This document shows positions 24,195-36,681 of a stretch of DNA of 64,000 nt, one piece after another. Source of the stretch: Octopus sinensis (lineage: Eukaryota); NCBI RefSeq assembly GCF_006345805.1, contig NC_043003.1:79980001-80044000 (forward strand), given 5' to 3'. The notes under the pieces were generated by a model, which did not search any database, was not told where the DNA came from, and was given only the letters and a program-made list of their open reading frames with translations. The translations under genes were made by a program, and so were the position numbers. The first letter of the stretch is position 1; the number at the start of each line of letters is the position of its first letter.

Positions 24195-24410
24195 TTTAAT
24201 TCGACACAAAGCTAGCAGTCTTGAGTGAAGTGGGGGATGCAAGTCAATTATATCGACCCCAGTACTTGACTAGTTCTTATTTCATTGACTCCGAAAGGAT
24301 GAAAAAGAGAGTCGGCCTTAGCGAAATTTAAACTCAGAACGTAAAATAGGAATATATCCCACGAAATATGTTGTCTAGCGTGCTAACGATTCTGACAACT
24401 TTCTGCTTTA
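24195..24410 (-). mobile_element. Degenerate family-A-related SINE
   Basis: tatcgaccccagtacttgactag..gactccgaaaggatgaaa..aactcagaacgtaa..gcgtgctaacgattctg. Confidence 0.8.
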
Positions 24411-25399
24411 TTTATTCTGGTAATAATACCAACAACAAAAGGAAGAAAACAACAATACGAACAGTAAAACTATCGTGTTCTCTTAGAGAAGATTTATCAG
24501 TTCTTAAATGGTGTTTGAAGCGAATGTAATTCTACCATCTGCACCACACGGCACTATTATGTAGACACTCCTATACCTAACAAAGGTTTCCACAGAATTC
24601 ATAAATGATGTCTTCTATGAAGGAATTGGCAGCAACATATTTTCCCTGAAGCAAGCTTTTCGATTTAAGATGAAGCCCTGTTCTACCTATTACTATATGA
24701 TTTGACATTTTATCTGAATTAATAATTCCATCCATCCTATCTTGATAAATTTATTAGTTTCCATTTAAAGACTGACATCTTTCTCTCTTCCCATCAACAG
24801 GTTCCCATCATTTAAAGATTTAGTAATTCTTATTATACTTTTAGTATAAATTTTACTAATACTAAAATGTTTCACACTTTCATTTAGTTTTCTCAACTTC
24901 ATATATATATTTCTCCCGCACAGGCTGGTATTGTGCTTCCTTCGTCCTATAGACTAGCGTAGCTTTAACTAATTTATAAAGTAGCATTTAATAATTCCTA
25001 TAATCCATTATTCTCAAACACCAATTTTCTATAACTTGTTTCATTAATAATATCTTGCTTACATTTAATTTTCGACCTTCAAATATTTTATAGTTCTTAG
25101 ATATTCATAAATCTTTCAAGATTTCCAATATCTGTACTGCTTGCTTTTCTTTTATTACTACAACCATTTTTTTCTTTTACTATCCTGCCAATTAGTTTCC
25201 TAAAAGACTTTATTATATTTCCAATTTTTTTCTATCTTTTCTAAGAAATAATCTGTGCTGATAGTTCTTTTTCCTTGTAAATTTATTATCCTCGCCTGCT
25301 GCATTTATCAATCTTTATTGGCAGCATAAAAGAAGCAGTAAATTGTTTGGCATTTTAAGAATCTATTGGTATGTTATAGATGGACTTTACTTATTCAAG

Positions 25400-25620
25400 A
25401 TGGTGGGTGATGTATTCTGAGGCATTATTATAGAACCAAAATAAGTTGAATAGTTTCCTTTAGTTGTCCGCATATACTACATTTTGGGTGAACATATTTG
25501 ATAATTTTATGCATATGGAGTTTGATGTAGCTGTGTTTAATTGAACCTCTTGATGTGTTACACAGATCAAAGCTTCCTCTTCAAGTTGTTTTTGCCTAGC
25601 GTCTCCAGAATTCTTTACCA
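25400..25620 (-). mobile_element. Old R4/Dong-like CCHC-region relic
   Basis: Minus translation EEEALICVTHQEVQLNT and, after a frameshift, HPKCSICGQLKETIQLIL, resembling ETEALICAAQEQAL..CRLC..ETIQHI. Confidence 0.45.
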
Positions 25621-27279
25621 TTGATTTCGTACATTCTTTTGTTCATTAAATTATTCGCAATGTTTGGAGTTAAATTCTTTGTTATTCGTAACATTTCCGT
25701 TTTTCACTTAACATCAATGATTGTACTTCTTTTATTCAATAAATATTTCTGATCAGTTATTTACATACAAGAACAAATTAATCTCTTCTGTTGTAAGGAC
25801 TTCTTCTCAACCTATGAGAATTTTCATCCTCAATCACTGTTGCAAGTATAAATAACTTACTACTCTCATTAGCATTTTATTCATATTTTTAGTTTTTCAG
25901 TACTGTATATAATGTCACTATTCCAGCTCCATATCACCGAAAACGAATGTACTAAATACCAGTATTTTTTATTCTTTTTCTATAATTAGATTCTAAAACA
26001 AATTTAATTTTTCTAAAATATTATCTCCAAAACATGTCTTTCAAATTTCATGCATATCCTTGAAAATGTCTGAAAGTTTATAATTAAAACCCCATCACCT
26101 TTCAATACCTTTTTTTCTATAAAAGATATAGTTTTTTTTTCTATTAACCATTCAGCTGCAAACTCGTTTTGTTAAGAACGAACAAAAACCTCTTGAAAAC
26201 AGATTACACCAAGACGTCAATCGCAAAGAAATTTAACTGGAAATATCTTATTTAGATTAACAATAAAGTTTTTAAAAAATGTCTTATTATAACACTAACC
26301 AATGATGGGATTATATTTGCAAAATGTTAATCGTGCCGAAAATATATGTGACAAGCATTCAACATAGATTATACCTACTGTGACAGTCAGGTTCAAAAGA
26401 TTCATATTTGATTTATATTTTTGATATTGTTGTTGCTTAAACTGAAGATCAGCTATTATTAAGCTATATGACTAGATACGTCATATAAAGTATGTTAAAT
26501 CATTCTATCTGTAATAATTCCGTTTTTCGTACTGCAACGATACATCAAAAATTAGATTATGTAGGATATTTTTCATTCCTGGAGTTGGTATGATGCGATT
26601 TAGGTCATTTGGCTGCTATTTCTTGCACATCGAGGTACTAGTTAGAGACTTCATATTTGAAGCATGTGATATTTTCTAAATAACATCAAAAAGTTCCAAA
26701 CCTAAACAAATGTGGATTGAATAAAAACATTTCGAGAGGAAAAAGATAGCATTGCTATGTTTGTATGACGACTTTTAGAGTCTCTCACAGCGATATTTGT
26801 AGCTTTATCTTATCATCAATTTTACTACTCCAACATTGTTATTCATTCGGTAAACCAGACCAATGAAATGTATTAAGATCTTAAAAGAAAAATGAAAAAT
26901 CCTGCAGGAATTTCGACAAGATTGATTTGTATTCATTACGTTTTGTTTGGTTATCTCATTTAATATATCTTTGTATTAAAACTCGTTCATTCAAATATAT
27001 TCTACATGTTATTTGAATGCGTAGAAGATAGGAAACAAATATGCAATGATGCAACAATGCTCCCAATCTACCTCTTTAGACTAATACTGATTAGCTCTGA
27101 ATGATGTAAGGCAAGTGATCTTCTGTGGGATTTAAACTCAAACGTAAAGATCCTCAATAAATACCTCAGAACATTTTTTGAGGTGTGCATATGTGTGTGT
27201 GTGTGTGTGGGGGGGATCTGATGCTTTAACAGTTCATGCAATACACCATCTTGCCGTTGTCATTATAGACTTTTGTTAA

Positions 27280-27514
27280 GGCGGCGAGCTGGAAGAAACG
27301 TTAGCACGCCGGGCGAAATGCTTAGCGGCATTTCGTCTGCGTTACGTTATGAGTTCAAATTCCGCCGAGGTCGACTTTGCCGTTCATCCTTTCGGGGTCG
27401 ATAAATAAAGTACCATTCACGCACTGGGGTCGATGTAATCGACTTAATACCTATGTCTGTCCTTGTTTGTCCCCTCTATGTTTAGCACCTTGTGGGTAAT
27501 AAAGAAATAGGTAT
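27280..27514 (+). mobile_element. SINE family A, young full copy within older SINE debris
   Basis: ggcggcgagctggaagaaacgttagcacgccgggcgaaatgc..gtgggtaataaagaaataggtat; high similarity to 6082-6298 and 56537-56767. Confidence 0.92.
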
Positions 27515-27675
27515 TTAATCAGCCTTTACATTCTCGGTAGAAATTGCGCCAAAGCTGGCTTTACTTGTCATCATTTAGGGGTCAATAAAACATGTACCAA
27601 CAAAGCACTGAGTTGATATCGTCGAATACTTCCACTACCACCCTCGCCCAGATTTCAGGCCTTGTAGCTATAGTA

Positions 27676-28890
27676 TCAGGCTGAGTAAAAAGTAAGCGAC
27701 GGTTTGAAACGCAATATATTTCAATAATGCGGTAATTTTATTCATCAAAGTAAGTACCATTACAATCAACACATATATGCCAATGAGTTACAAGTTTATT
27801 TTGGCAATTTCATGGCAATATGTTTCTGCAGTAACGGCTTTTGTGGATTTTAAGAAGTTATAGTGGATGAGACCAGTAGTACTCTATCAAAGAGTCACCA
27901 TAGCATTCTTTTTCAAGAGCTCAGGTTTAGGGAAGGTTTTCGGTGCTTCATTTTGTTCCAACCACTGCGAAGACCGTGCCTCTGCCAATTCTTGTGGGCT
28001 GTACAAGTGGCTTGGAGGAACACCACGTTCTCCTACAGCGATCACCAGCCAGGACGCACCTATTTCTGGGGGTATGTCTTCTACCTTTATCCCGGAAGCA
28101 CGCCTTCCAAGATATATGGGTAGAAGCACTACCACCTCCGCTTTTGAAGGGGTTGCCGAGTGTAGCCTGGTGGTCACTGCATCTCGGAACCGCACCTCCA
28201 TAACTGCAAACTTTCGGCCCTCATTCTGACAAGCAATCTCTCTCCACAGTGGCTCCAACGCCTCTTCAATTTGGCAACTGTTACTATCTGAAACTTCCCG
28301 TTCACCAACTGCAAATGTTCTGTAAATAACCATTTCCCCTTCACCTTGCATTGCTTCTTGGCAACGGGACACCTTCACATTGCGTCCGTGCTCCCTCACT
28401 ATCTCATATATTCCAATTTCTTGTAAATCAACTTGTCTTTGGTGGCTTCCGGCCACTGTTGCGAAGTCCATCCCTCTGTCTGCACTGTCCAGGGCCTTCA
28501 TAAGTTCTTCCTCTGAAGAAGAGAACTCTGAGGAGCCCAAGATCTCACAATTTATCATCATCTTTTTTCAAAGAGCACTGTCCCTTCTCAAAATAGGAGA
28601 ACAGCGCCAAGAAAACTGTCGTAAGGCAGCAAACACAGGTGTCAAAAAACAACAATCAACAACAAACACAGCTCAACAATAGTTACTAACCCCTGGAACA
28701 ACGCATAAACATACAGGAACAAGTCGAGAGGATTGGAACAACGGGGGGCAAACATATCAATGTTAATTTATTGATGCATTTGGGTAAGTCTATGTCTGTA
28801 TTAATGTTTAAAAAACATTCGGAACTCTGCAAAAAATCCGGTACAAATTCTACATGGTTTAAAACCTTGCTTACTTTTTAATCAACCTGA
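27676..28890 (-). mobile_element. Composite element: mariner TIRs and transposase 3' remnant enclosing a LINE 5'UTR+ORF1 fragment
   Basis: TA|tcaggctgagtaaaaagtaagcgacggttt at 27674-27705 and aaaaccttgcttactttttaatcaacctga|TA at 28861-28892; mariner sequence 27700-27975; LINE-like sequence about 27976-28690. Confidence 0.85.
27887..28561 (-). pseudogene. 224-aa chimeric ORF: LINE ORF1 N-terminus fused in frame to mariner RSSQWLEQNEAPKTFPKPEL
   Basis: Supplied ORF; LLPIYLGRRASGIKVEDIPPEIGASWLV matches the ORF1s at 12711 and 20450; the C-terminal roughly 29 aa match the mariner at 21160. Confidence 0.75.
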
Positions 28891-29299
28891 TAGAAAGGAT
28901 AACATTTTCTTCAATATTCTACTTTCCATATTTCAGCTTTCCTTCGTTTCATTTTCAGTAACGTTATATATTTATGTTTCATCTTTGCATCTGCATTGTT
29001 TTGAGAAACTGATATAATATCGGGCAGCTGTACTACCATTAATGGTTGTACACAACTCAGTCCTTAGATTTCTGACTTCTAATCCAAGTATGTTTCAAGT
29101 TGCCACTTCGCTGTGGAATCAATGAACATTAATTAATTCACATTTATTTCATATGCTGGCCATGCGTCATATCGTCACGCACAGAGAGACATGTTTCTTT
29201 CGTATGCTTATAGGTTGGAAAACTGGAAATAAGTAGGGTTTCTCTATCTCCTTGTAATTCGTGGAATAACTATATGACTACCGTTGTGTGTGTGTTCGT

Positions 29300-29385
29300 A
29301 CATAATACATACATACGTACGTACATATAAATTTGTGTGTGTATATATATATATATATGTGTGTGTATGTCTGTATATATATGTA

Positions 29386-29425
<40 letters not shown>

Positions 29426-29468
29426 CATATATATTACATATATATATAAATATATATATACATACATG

Positions 29469-29548
<80 letters not shown>

Positions 29549-29555
29549 ATATAGT
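29300..29555. repeat. Compound (AT)n/(GT)n microsatellite
   Basis: Seen directly. Confidence 0.97.
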
Positions 29556-30887
29556 TTCTTCCCTTCAACAATCGCAATTATTATTCTTATATATGACATT
29601 TCCGACTTTCAGCTCAAGTAGTTTTCTTAAAATATCTACGTTCAGTAGATTAGCGGTGCGGTCGAGGGAGAGGGTTTTAGCAATGTTGTTAGGATATTAA
29701 GCTGAACAATGTTTACTTGAGCATTTATTTTATTGCCTTTGATTCGTTCAAAATTTATTATCAAAGACCACATTCCCGCTATCATCTTTTTATTCTTCTT
29801 GTTAACATTTATTGTGAATTTTCTCATTATTTGTTTTACTGCTTTTGCTTCAAAAACCAACTGATAATTTAATTTTCAGTTCGATCCTTCTTAATCTTTA
29901 GTCCTTTTATTAATCACATTATACACCCGAATGTCTGTAACTATTTCGATACCTTGGTGATGACTTTTATCGTGATTCATACGTTTTATCTATTCTTTTT
30001 TTTTTGTATCAATATAGCGGCAATTATTCATTCATTATTTCTAATTGTTTCATTAAAGAATCTCAATACTCCCTCTTTCTTACCGATACTAATATACTCC
30101 TCAAATCGAAGCTACTTAACTCTGTGTAACGCAACCAGCAACCATAGGTCAACGTGAGTAGGTGCAACTCACATTTGAAAGCAGAAGGAGCTCTTGTCAA
30201 AGAGTATTGAATCGGCTTATAGTAATTAATTTTCATTTATCTAATAGGCCTGGAATAGGAAAAAGGAAACTCTTCAGTATATTCTTACCGAAACGACGTA
30301 TCCACAACAGCTTTTCCAGATTATACATCAGTATCAAGTAAAATATAACATTCTCCTCCTCCTCATTATCATCATTATCATCGTCATCATAAGCCTTATC
30401 CTCCTCCTCCTCCTCCTCATCATCATCATCATCATCGTCATCAGCAGCAGCAGCCCCAGTAGCAACCTATGCATCGTATTCGTACAGAGTTTCAGATCTA
30501 TATCAGACCTCTAAAGGTAGCATTAAATTACCTTGATTATTTCGGTAGCCCTCCAGGCAGATAGGATATGGTGTTACGTACCTCTGAATGAAAAGTTCGA
30601 ATCAGTTGCAGTATATCTTCTTTTACACTGGTTCTGTATAGTATGTTGCTAATATATTTTGAACACGCCACGATACCGAAACTAAAGAACAGTTTTGTTT
30701 TTCTTGTATATTACGCCTTCTGTAAATCTAACCGTGCACGTAAGACAATACACCCATCATGCTTCGCATTGAAGAATTGATCGAGGGCCCTTCTCATCGT
30801 GAAATACATTGGTCGTGATATTGTTCTTAATCATCTCTCCTACTCTAAACTATTTTTCTTTATCGCTATTTCTTTACCAAAACTTAC

Positions 30888-31500
30888 CGACACTATTCTA
30901 ATTGCTCTTGTAAGAGTTATCAGCCATTTGTTGTCGACGAGTTGATGAAGATCTCTGTTCACGCCCCCGTGGAATTAATTCGTTAATCCAGCATCTGTAA
31001 GCTTTCCGCGCGAGGAAAGAGCGTACAGCTTCCAATAAATGATTTTCTCTCTGAAGTCTATCTAGATCGACTACACAGAGCACAAATTTACGATCTGTGT
31101 AACCGACCCAGTTAAATGGTGGGTAATCAGCGCTCCCAGTATTTACTTCATAAAACACAAATTAGATACGATTCAAATAATCCGATGCAGTGTGATCATG
31201 TTTATATCAGCGCTTCGATAAATCTAGGTGGTAGTTATCAAACAGTTGGAAACATCTCAGCAGAATATTGTTGTTGTTGCTGCTGTTTTTGAGTCATTAC
31301 CGCTATGTATTCCGATGGAGATGTCTGCCAGTATGTTGTTTTTACTTCGTGTAACACGCCGTTGTTGTTTTTGCTGTTCCAGCTATTACGGCAACATAAA
31401 TTCACAGTAGGGCTAGGTAAAGGAGAAAGTGGGCAATCCTTTTTTATGCGCTGTTCCAACAGCCACATGTAAGCCCTGTTTGTGACCCGAAGTTTCCTTT
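30888..31500 (-). other. Candidate non-coding (5'UTR or lncRNA) exon ending at a consensus donor
   Basis: Minus strand gtgtcg|GTAAGT at 30888/30887; unique sequence with many CpGs; 5' boundary unknown. Confidence 0.35.
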
Positions 31501-32388
31501 TGTTTTAAAAATTACTGATTAAGTAATTTACAAATTGCGCCCCAAATGACCTAAACAAAACGAAACTGAACAGTTCTTCCGGATCTTGGTCAGATTAGCA
31601 ACACAACAATTCAAAAAAAAAAAAAACTTTATTGTAGGCTTTTAAAAATAGAATTAATGAATGAATGTAACAACAATAATACGAACGAACCCCAACAGCT
31701 AGAATGAAAATAACAATACTATCAATGTATAACTAAATGTTTGTCCTTGAGAAGAAGCTCTTATTTCCTATTTGCTTACACCTAGGAAGTAATATTTGCT
31801 TACCAATAGAAAGCTAATATCTCCTTCAAGCTTTGCTTTTGTTATATTTATTCAAGCCCCAAAGCATAATTCTCAACAAATGGCTGCTTCACCCATTATT
31901 CCTACTCATGATCGACGATGCACATATTGTCATCCATTAAGGGAAATGTTCTAGTAGTTAAGACCAAACAACTAACAAGCAAATCTGTGGTATTGAGCGG
32001 AATATTTGCTATAACAGTATATCTGCTTCAACGACTCAGCGCTGGATGTGTCTCAAATGTAATGGACAATAAGTCAGTTTCAAAATATTATTGTCCAGGT
32101 CACAAAAACAAATTTCTAGATAAAAGCAAACAAGACATAACACTTGCTGACCAAAGGCAAAAAAAAAAAATTAGTGCTAGACAGGCTTGGAATATTGAGG
32201 AAGAATGAGTTAACAGCAAAGAATAAAGGGATTAGATAAGGAGCATGGCGATGGAAGACTTCAAATCAATTCTTTTTCATATTGGTAAAGTGCTCAGATT
32301 TTTGTCAGGTAGATCGTTTGAGCTCACAAGTATATTTTATAGCATTTCTGTTGCTGCTTATATATTACTATTTTCAATTAATATTAAG

Positions 32389-32389
<1 letters not shown>

Positions 32390-32465
<76 letters not shown>

Positions 32466-32545
32466 CATTATTATCATCATTATTAACATTCTCCTCCTCA
32501 TCATCATCACCATCGTCGTCGTCATCATAATCATCATCATCAGAT
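32390..32545. repeat. (ATT)n/(ATC)n microsatellite
   Basis: Seen directly. Confidence 0.97.
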
Positions 32546-33220
32546 TATATCTTGATTGTTGTAATAGTTAAGAATCGATATTTTTTATGATCTCACTTTG
32601 TTTAATTTCCATCCTCCAGTCATACAATTGTTTATATTATCGAGAGACCTTTACAAAGAGTATTTATAATTTAATGATATCATTATTGGAAGTACAACAA
32701 TTATCAGTATGATAATCATATTAATTACATCATTTCTTTCTTGTATCCTTTCCGTATGTGAGCTAGATGGCTATATGTCTAAGGTATATGTTTATGTATT
32801 TGCGAGGCATGAGTTCAAAATTGTTATAGAAGATTTCGTTGTTAAAATTGCGGTTTCACTTCATCCAACTCTCGGAAATGTAACAGTATAAATACAATAT
32901 TTATGATTACCTATATTTCTGCAGGGAAAATAAACAAACTTTGAATGGAAAGCGAATAGTGTAAAAAAAGAGTTAGAATGGAAAAACACGAAACAGTATG
33001 CAATAAGATTAATATAAAGTAAAGTTGGTACATTATCAGCATGTTAAGAAGTGCAAGAATTCTTAGAGAGAAGTTGAAAGAAAGGTAGAAGACGCGCTTT
33101 TCTGGGAAACTGACTTAGGGTTTGTTTATAAACAGATGACATCTTAATCAGTGGTGTAGAGTGGCTTTTAGTAGCCCTGTACTGTAGTCAAATTGGCCAC
33201 CTTTTTCTTTCGATTGCAGA

Positions 33221-33262
<42 letters not shown>

Positions 33263-36200
33263 GTACAGAGCCCTCGTTGTACAGTCTGCAAGCACATCAC
33301 ATGCTATGAAACTATTTTTGATGCGGCAGCAATTATTGTCTGTGTGGTGGAAGAGTTCTTTCCCAAATGCGGTAAGACAATCGCTTTGCATTAATACTCG
33401 CAGAGACAATTTTAATATAAGTGACCTCAGAGAAATACGAAGACAAGGTGGTAGGTGGTGGCCTTAAGAAATGGCCAGTAGAGAATGTTACTGTTGTTTC
33501 TTTTGACGGTGATATATGTCAAGGAGTGGACCATCCCAGCTTAATACTAATTGCAGGTTCAGAAGGGAATTGAGATTGGTGATGGAAGACAGTACGAAAC
33601 GTCATTCTTCAATAAAGTGGGAACCATATATTGTATTTTTTATAGCTACCAATATAACCACAAAAAGCCCGAAGAAAGTGTATTAGCAACAGCAGCGTCT
33701 TTAGAACAGCTGTAATATTTGTCTTAAATAGACAAACACAAATATTCGCCAATTAGACAAGAAAATGAGGTGGGCGGTACCTGTAGTACAAATAACAACA
33801 GCAACAACAGCAATAGTAATAATTGTTTGTAATGAAGGCACAAGGCCAGCAATTTTGAAGTGGGGACATAAATGGATATCATTGACCAAGCCCCCACTAA
33901 CAGTAATGGGCTTTATGTTTCTAGAAAAGTTTCTAGACAAGCGAAAGAAAATTCCCAGACAATTTTGTATCAAGCCATCGCTTATATTGCTGCACAAGCC
34001 TAGAACTCTTGTCAGAACGAGCGTCTTTGCATAAAGATTCAAATATCTGTGTCGGAGAGTCATCCGACTTGAGCAAGTTCATATGACATATAAAGCTCGT
34101 AGTCATTCAGAAACATCTTAACATGAAGGGTCAATCATTTCTAGTACCAGAAAATCAGACTTTAGTTAGTTTGGACTGCCGAGGCAGTCTTGTATTCTTT
34201 AAGAAAGAGCATGAGTGCGTGTTTCTCGGAAAAAAAACATGTTTCGCTCAAGGCTACTACATCTAAATTAAGTGATCTGAGTTAATTCAGTCGGCGATCG
34301 CACGTCCAGACAACTCGTACAGCTTTACTGAAGATGGTTCATATGCACGTGTATTGATTTTTTGCCTCCACAAAGTGAATTCCTGCAGCATTTTGTACAT
34401 TAGAATCTTTTAAAACTGGACATAGTCCTTTTAAACTAGAAGAGGGCTACATGAGACATATCTCATTATCTACGTAAGATTTTGTTAGGCGTACCACTCA
34501 AAAAGTCTCACTGGCTGCATTTTGCATATGATGGTGTGAAACGGTTGCAATTCCATTGAGAATCATTCTCTCATTATATTCCTAATTTGATCACTGTGAG
34601 TACATCCAGCGCATATTTTAGGGAGAACATTTCCAGTCTACACTCCAACGTTTTTTGTGTATTTTTGTTGTTACTACTACTAACGCCACGAATCCTTTTT
34701 TTAACATATAACAGAAATTCAAGTTTAATGTTATCGCTGAAGTTGTTTTACTGGACTTTGTGTTACATTTGTCGTTGTTGATATTGCTGTTTGTATTCTT
34801 ATTTTTGTTGTGATCTTCCTGCTTTCGTTTGTGTTGATATTGTTATTTGCAGTTGCTAATTATCATCTAGCGCTCATGTCACATACATACTTTTCTCTGT
34901 GCCTTAAGGCTTGCTAATCTTTCAAGTTTTACACTTCAAAGGATGTGAATGTCTCTAGCTCAATCATATCGCTAGATAAGGTATTCGAGGAATACAGACG
35001 TAGCAGAAAGGCCATGGTTCTCTCATATGTTTGTTACTTGGAGGTGTGCACTCGTCGGTGATGTAAGAGAAATCGTTTTTAGCTCTATATTTTACTGTTA
35101 ATGTTATATTTATTGGTGTAATTGACGTTGCTGTTGATGCAGTATTTATTATTGTAGGTTTGTTGTTGGCGTTGTTATCGGTGTAATACTTGTTTTCTAG
35201 CTACTATTTGAGAAACAGACAGAAAATATTGAAATGGTTTCCGTCACAGTAATTGAAGTAAGCTGATTTTTATTTTTGCTCTCTGCAATTACTCGTCGTG
35301 TTTTTAATGCGTTCAATATAGAATTGGTCTGCAAATTTTAAAATATCTTCCAATGTAATTAGTAATTGAATTTTCAGCCGAAATCTTAGGCATTTTCCAT
35401 GAGAGAAGACCAAAAGTCCATTAACTCCGTATGTTTGTTTTTTGTACTATTGCTACCAAATACTAAGAATTTACGCTTGGTGGAACCATATGGATCGTCG
35501 CTTTGGTAGCGCGACAACCCACAAAGCTACAAATGGAGGTAATAAATCCGGTTAGTGGAGTACTTTTATTCTTGTTCCCCATTTCGTAATAAGATTACCC
35601 CGGAAAGATGTTTTGCTTTTTACAAGAGGATCTACTAAATAGCACTGTGCATACATTTCAGGCAAATTGTTACTATTACATATGAAAAAGTTATTACTTA
35701 CTTGCTATTTATTTATGTACGTGGAGATGACTATACTTCCTAGTCATTATCTGTAAATTTGCTTCATCCTTTGTGAGTATTCTGACTCCAAACCTCTTTA
35801 TATATCACTCATCTCACATTACACTGTCATCCTTTTTAGCTTTAGCTTAGTGTTCCGTCCAAGTGATTCTTAGAAATGAGCAATATTTCTCGGCGGTGTT
35901 GATTTTGTTATTCTAGTTTTAATGTTTTCATTATTCTTGTTTTTTTCCGTCAGTTTTTCGTGTTTTACATTTGTTGTTCTTATTTTTTTGTTTCATTCTC
36001 ATGATTCATAATTTTGGTGTCATATGTTTCATTCGATTTTTCGCTGACATTTCAACCCTTTTGTTGGTCTTGTTTCTATTCATTATATTATTTTTGTTTT
36101 CCTTGTTACTGCTGCTGTTTTTGTGTTGTTTCTAGTGTTGTTGTTGTTTGTAATACCCGTGCTTTTTTCCGCATCAATGCAACGTTACACAAAAGAATTA

Positions 36201-36681
36201 CTGGTGTTCTTAGAGATAATGCCTATACATTTATTATTAAATTTCTTTGAAAAAAATCTTCGGTAAAAGTCACTTTTCCGCTCTGACAAGCAAGCCTTTC
36301 AAGGTAGCTTTATCGTTGCCATTACTCTGACTGTCATGGCTGCCTTCCATGATTCCAATGTTTCCGTAGTCAAACGCTGACATATTTTTTAATAAACTAT
36401 TCGTCTGCTGACAGCAGACAACCGGGAAAAAGACTGTCTCCTTAATTAAATTTTAAAATTCTCTGGAACTGTTATAATTAGGAGGTCCACTGAATAGTTT
36501 TAGAACGCCCTTTTGTTCGAGAATATTTTAAACATTATTAACGACAAAAAATCTTTCAGAAGGGAAATTTATGATACACGGTTTAAACTTAGAGTATCGG
36601 TGTATATGATTAGCGCAACATGATAATAATGATGATGATGATGATGATTATAATAATAATAATAATAATAATAATGATGAT

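Noticed and set aside
31918-32208. 96-aa plus-strand ORF
   Set aside because: No motif, splice signals or homology that I can recognise.
32245-32571. Poly-Ile/poly-Leu membrane-like ORFs
   Set aside because: (ATT)n microsatellite.
33701-34063. 120-aa minus-strand ORF
   Set aside because: Its end runs through a SINE tail and a (CAA)-like tract; no domain recognised.
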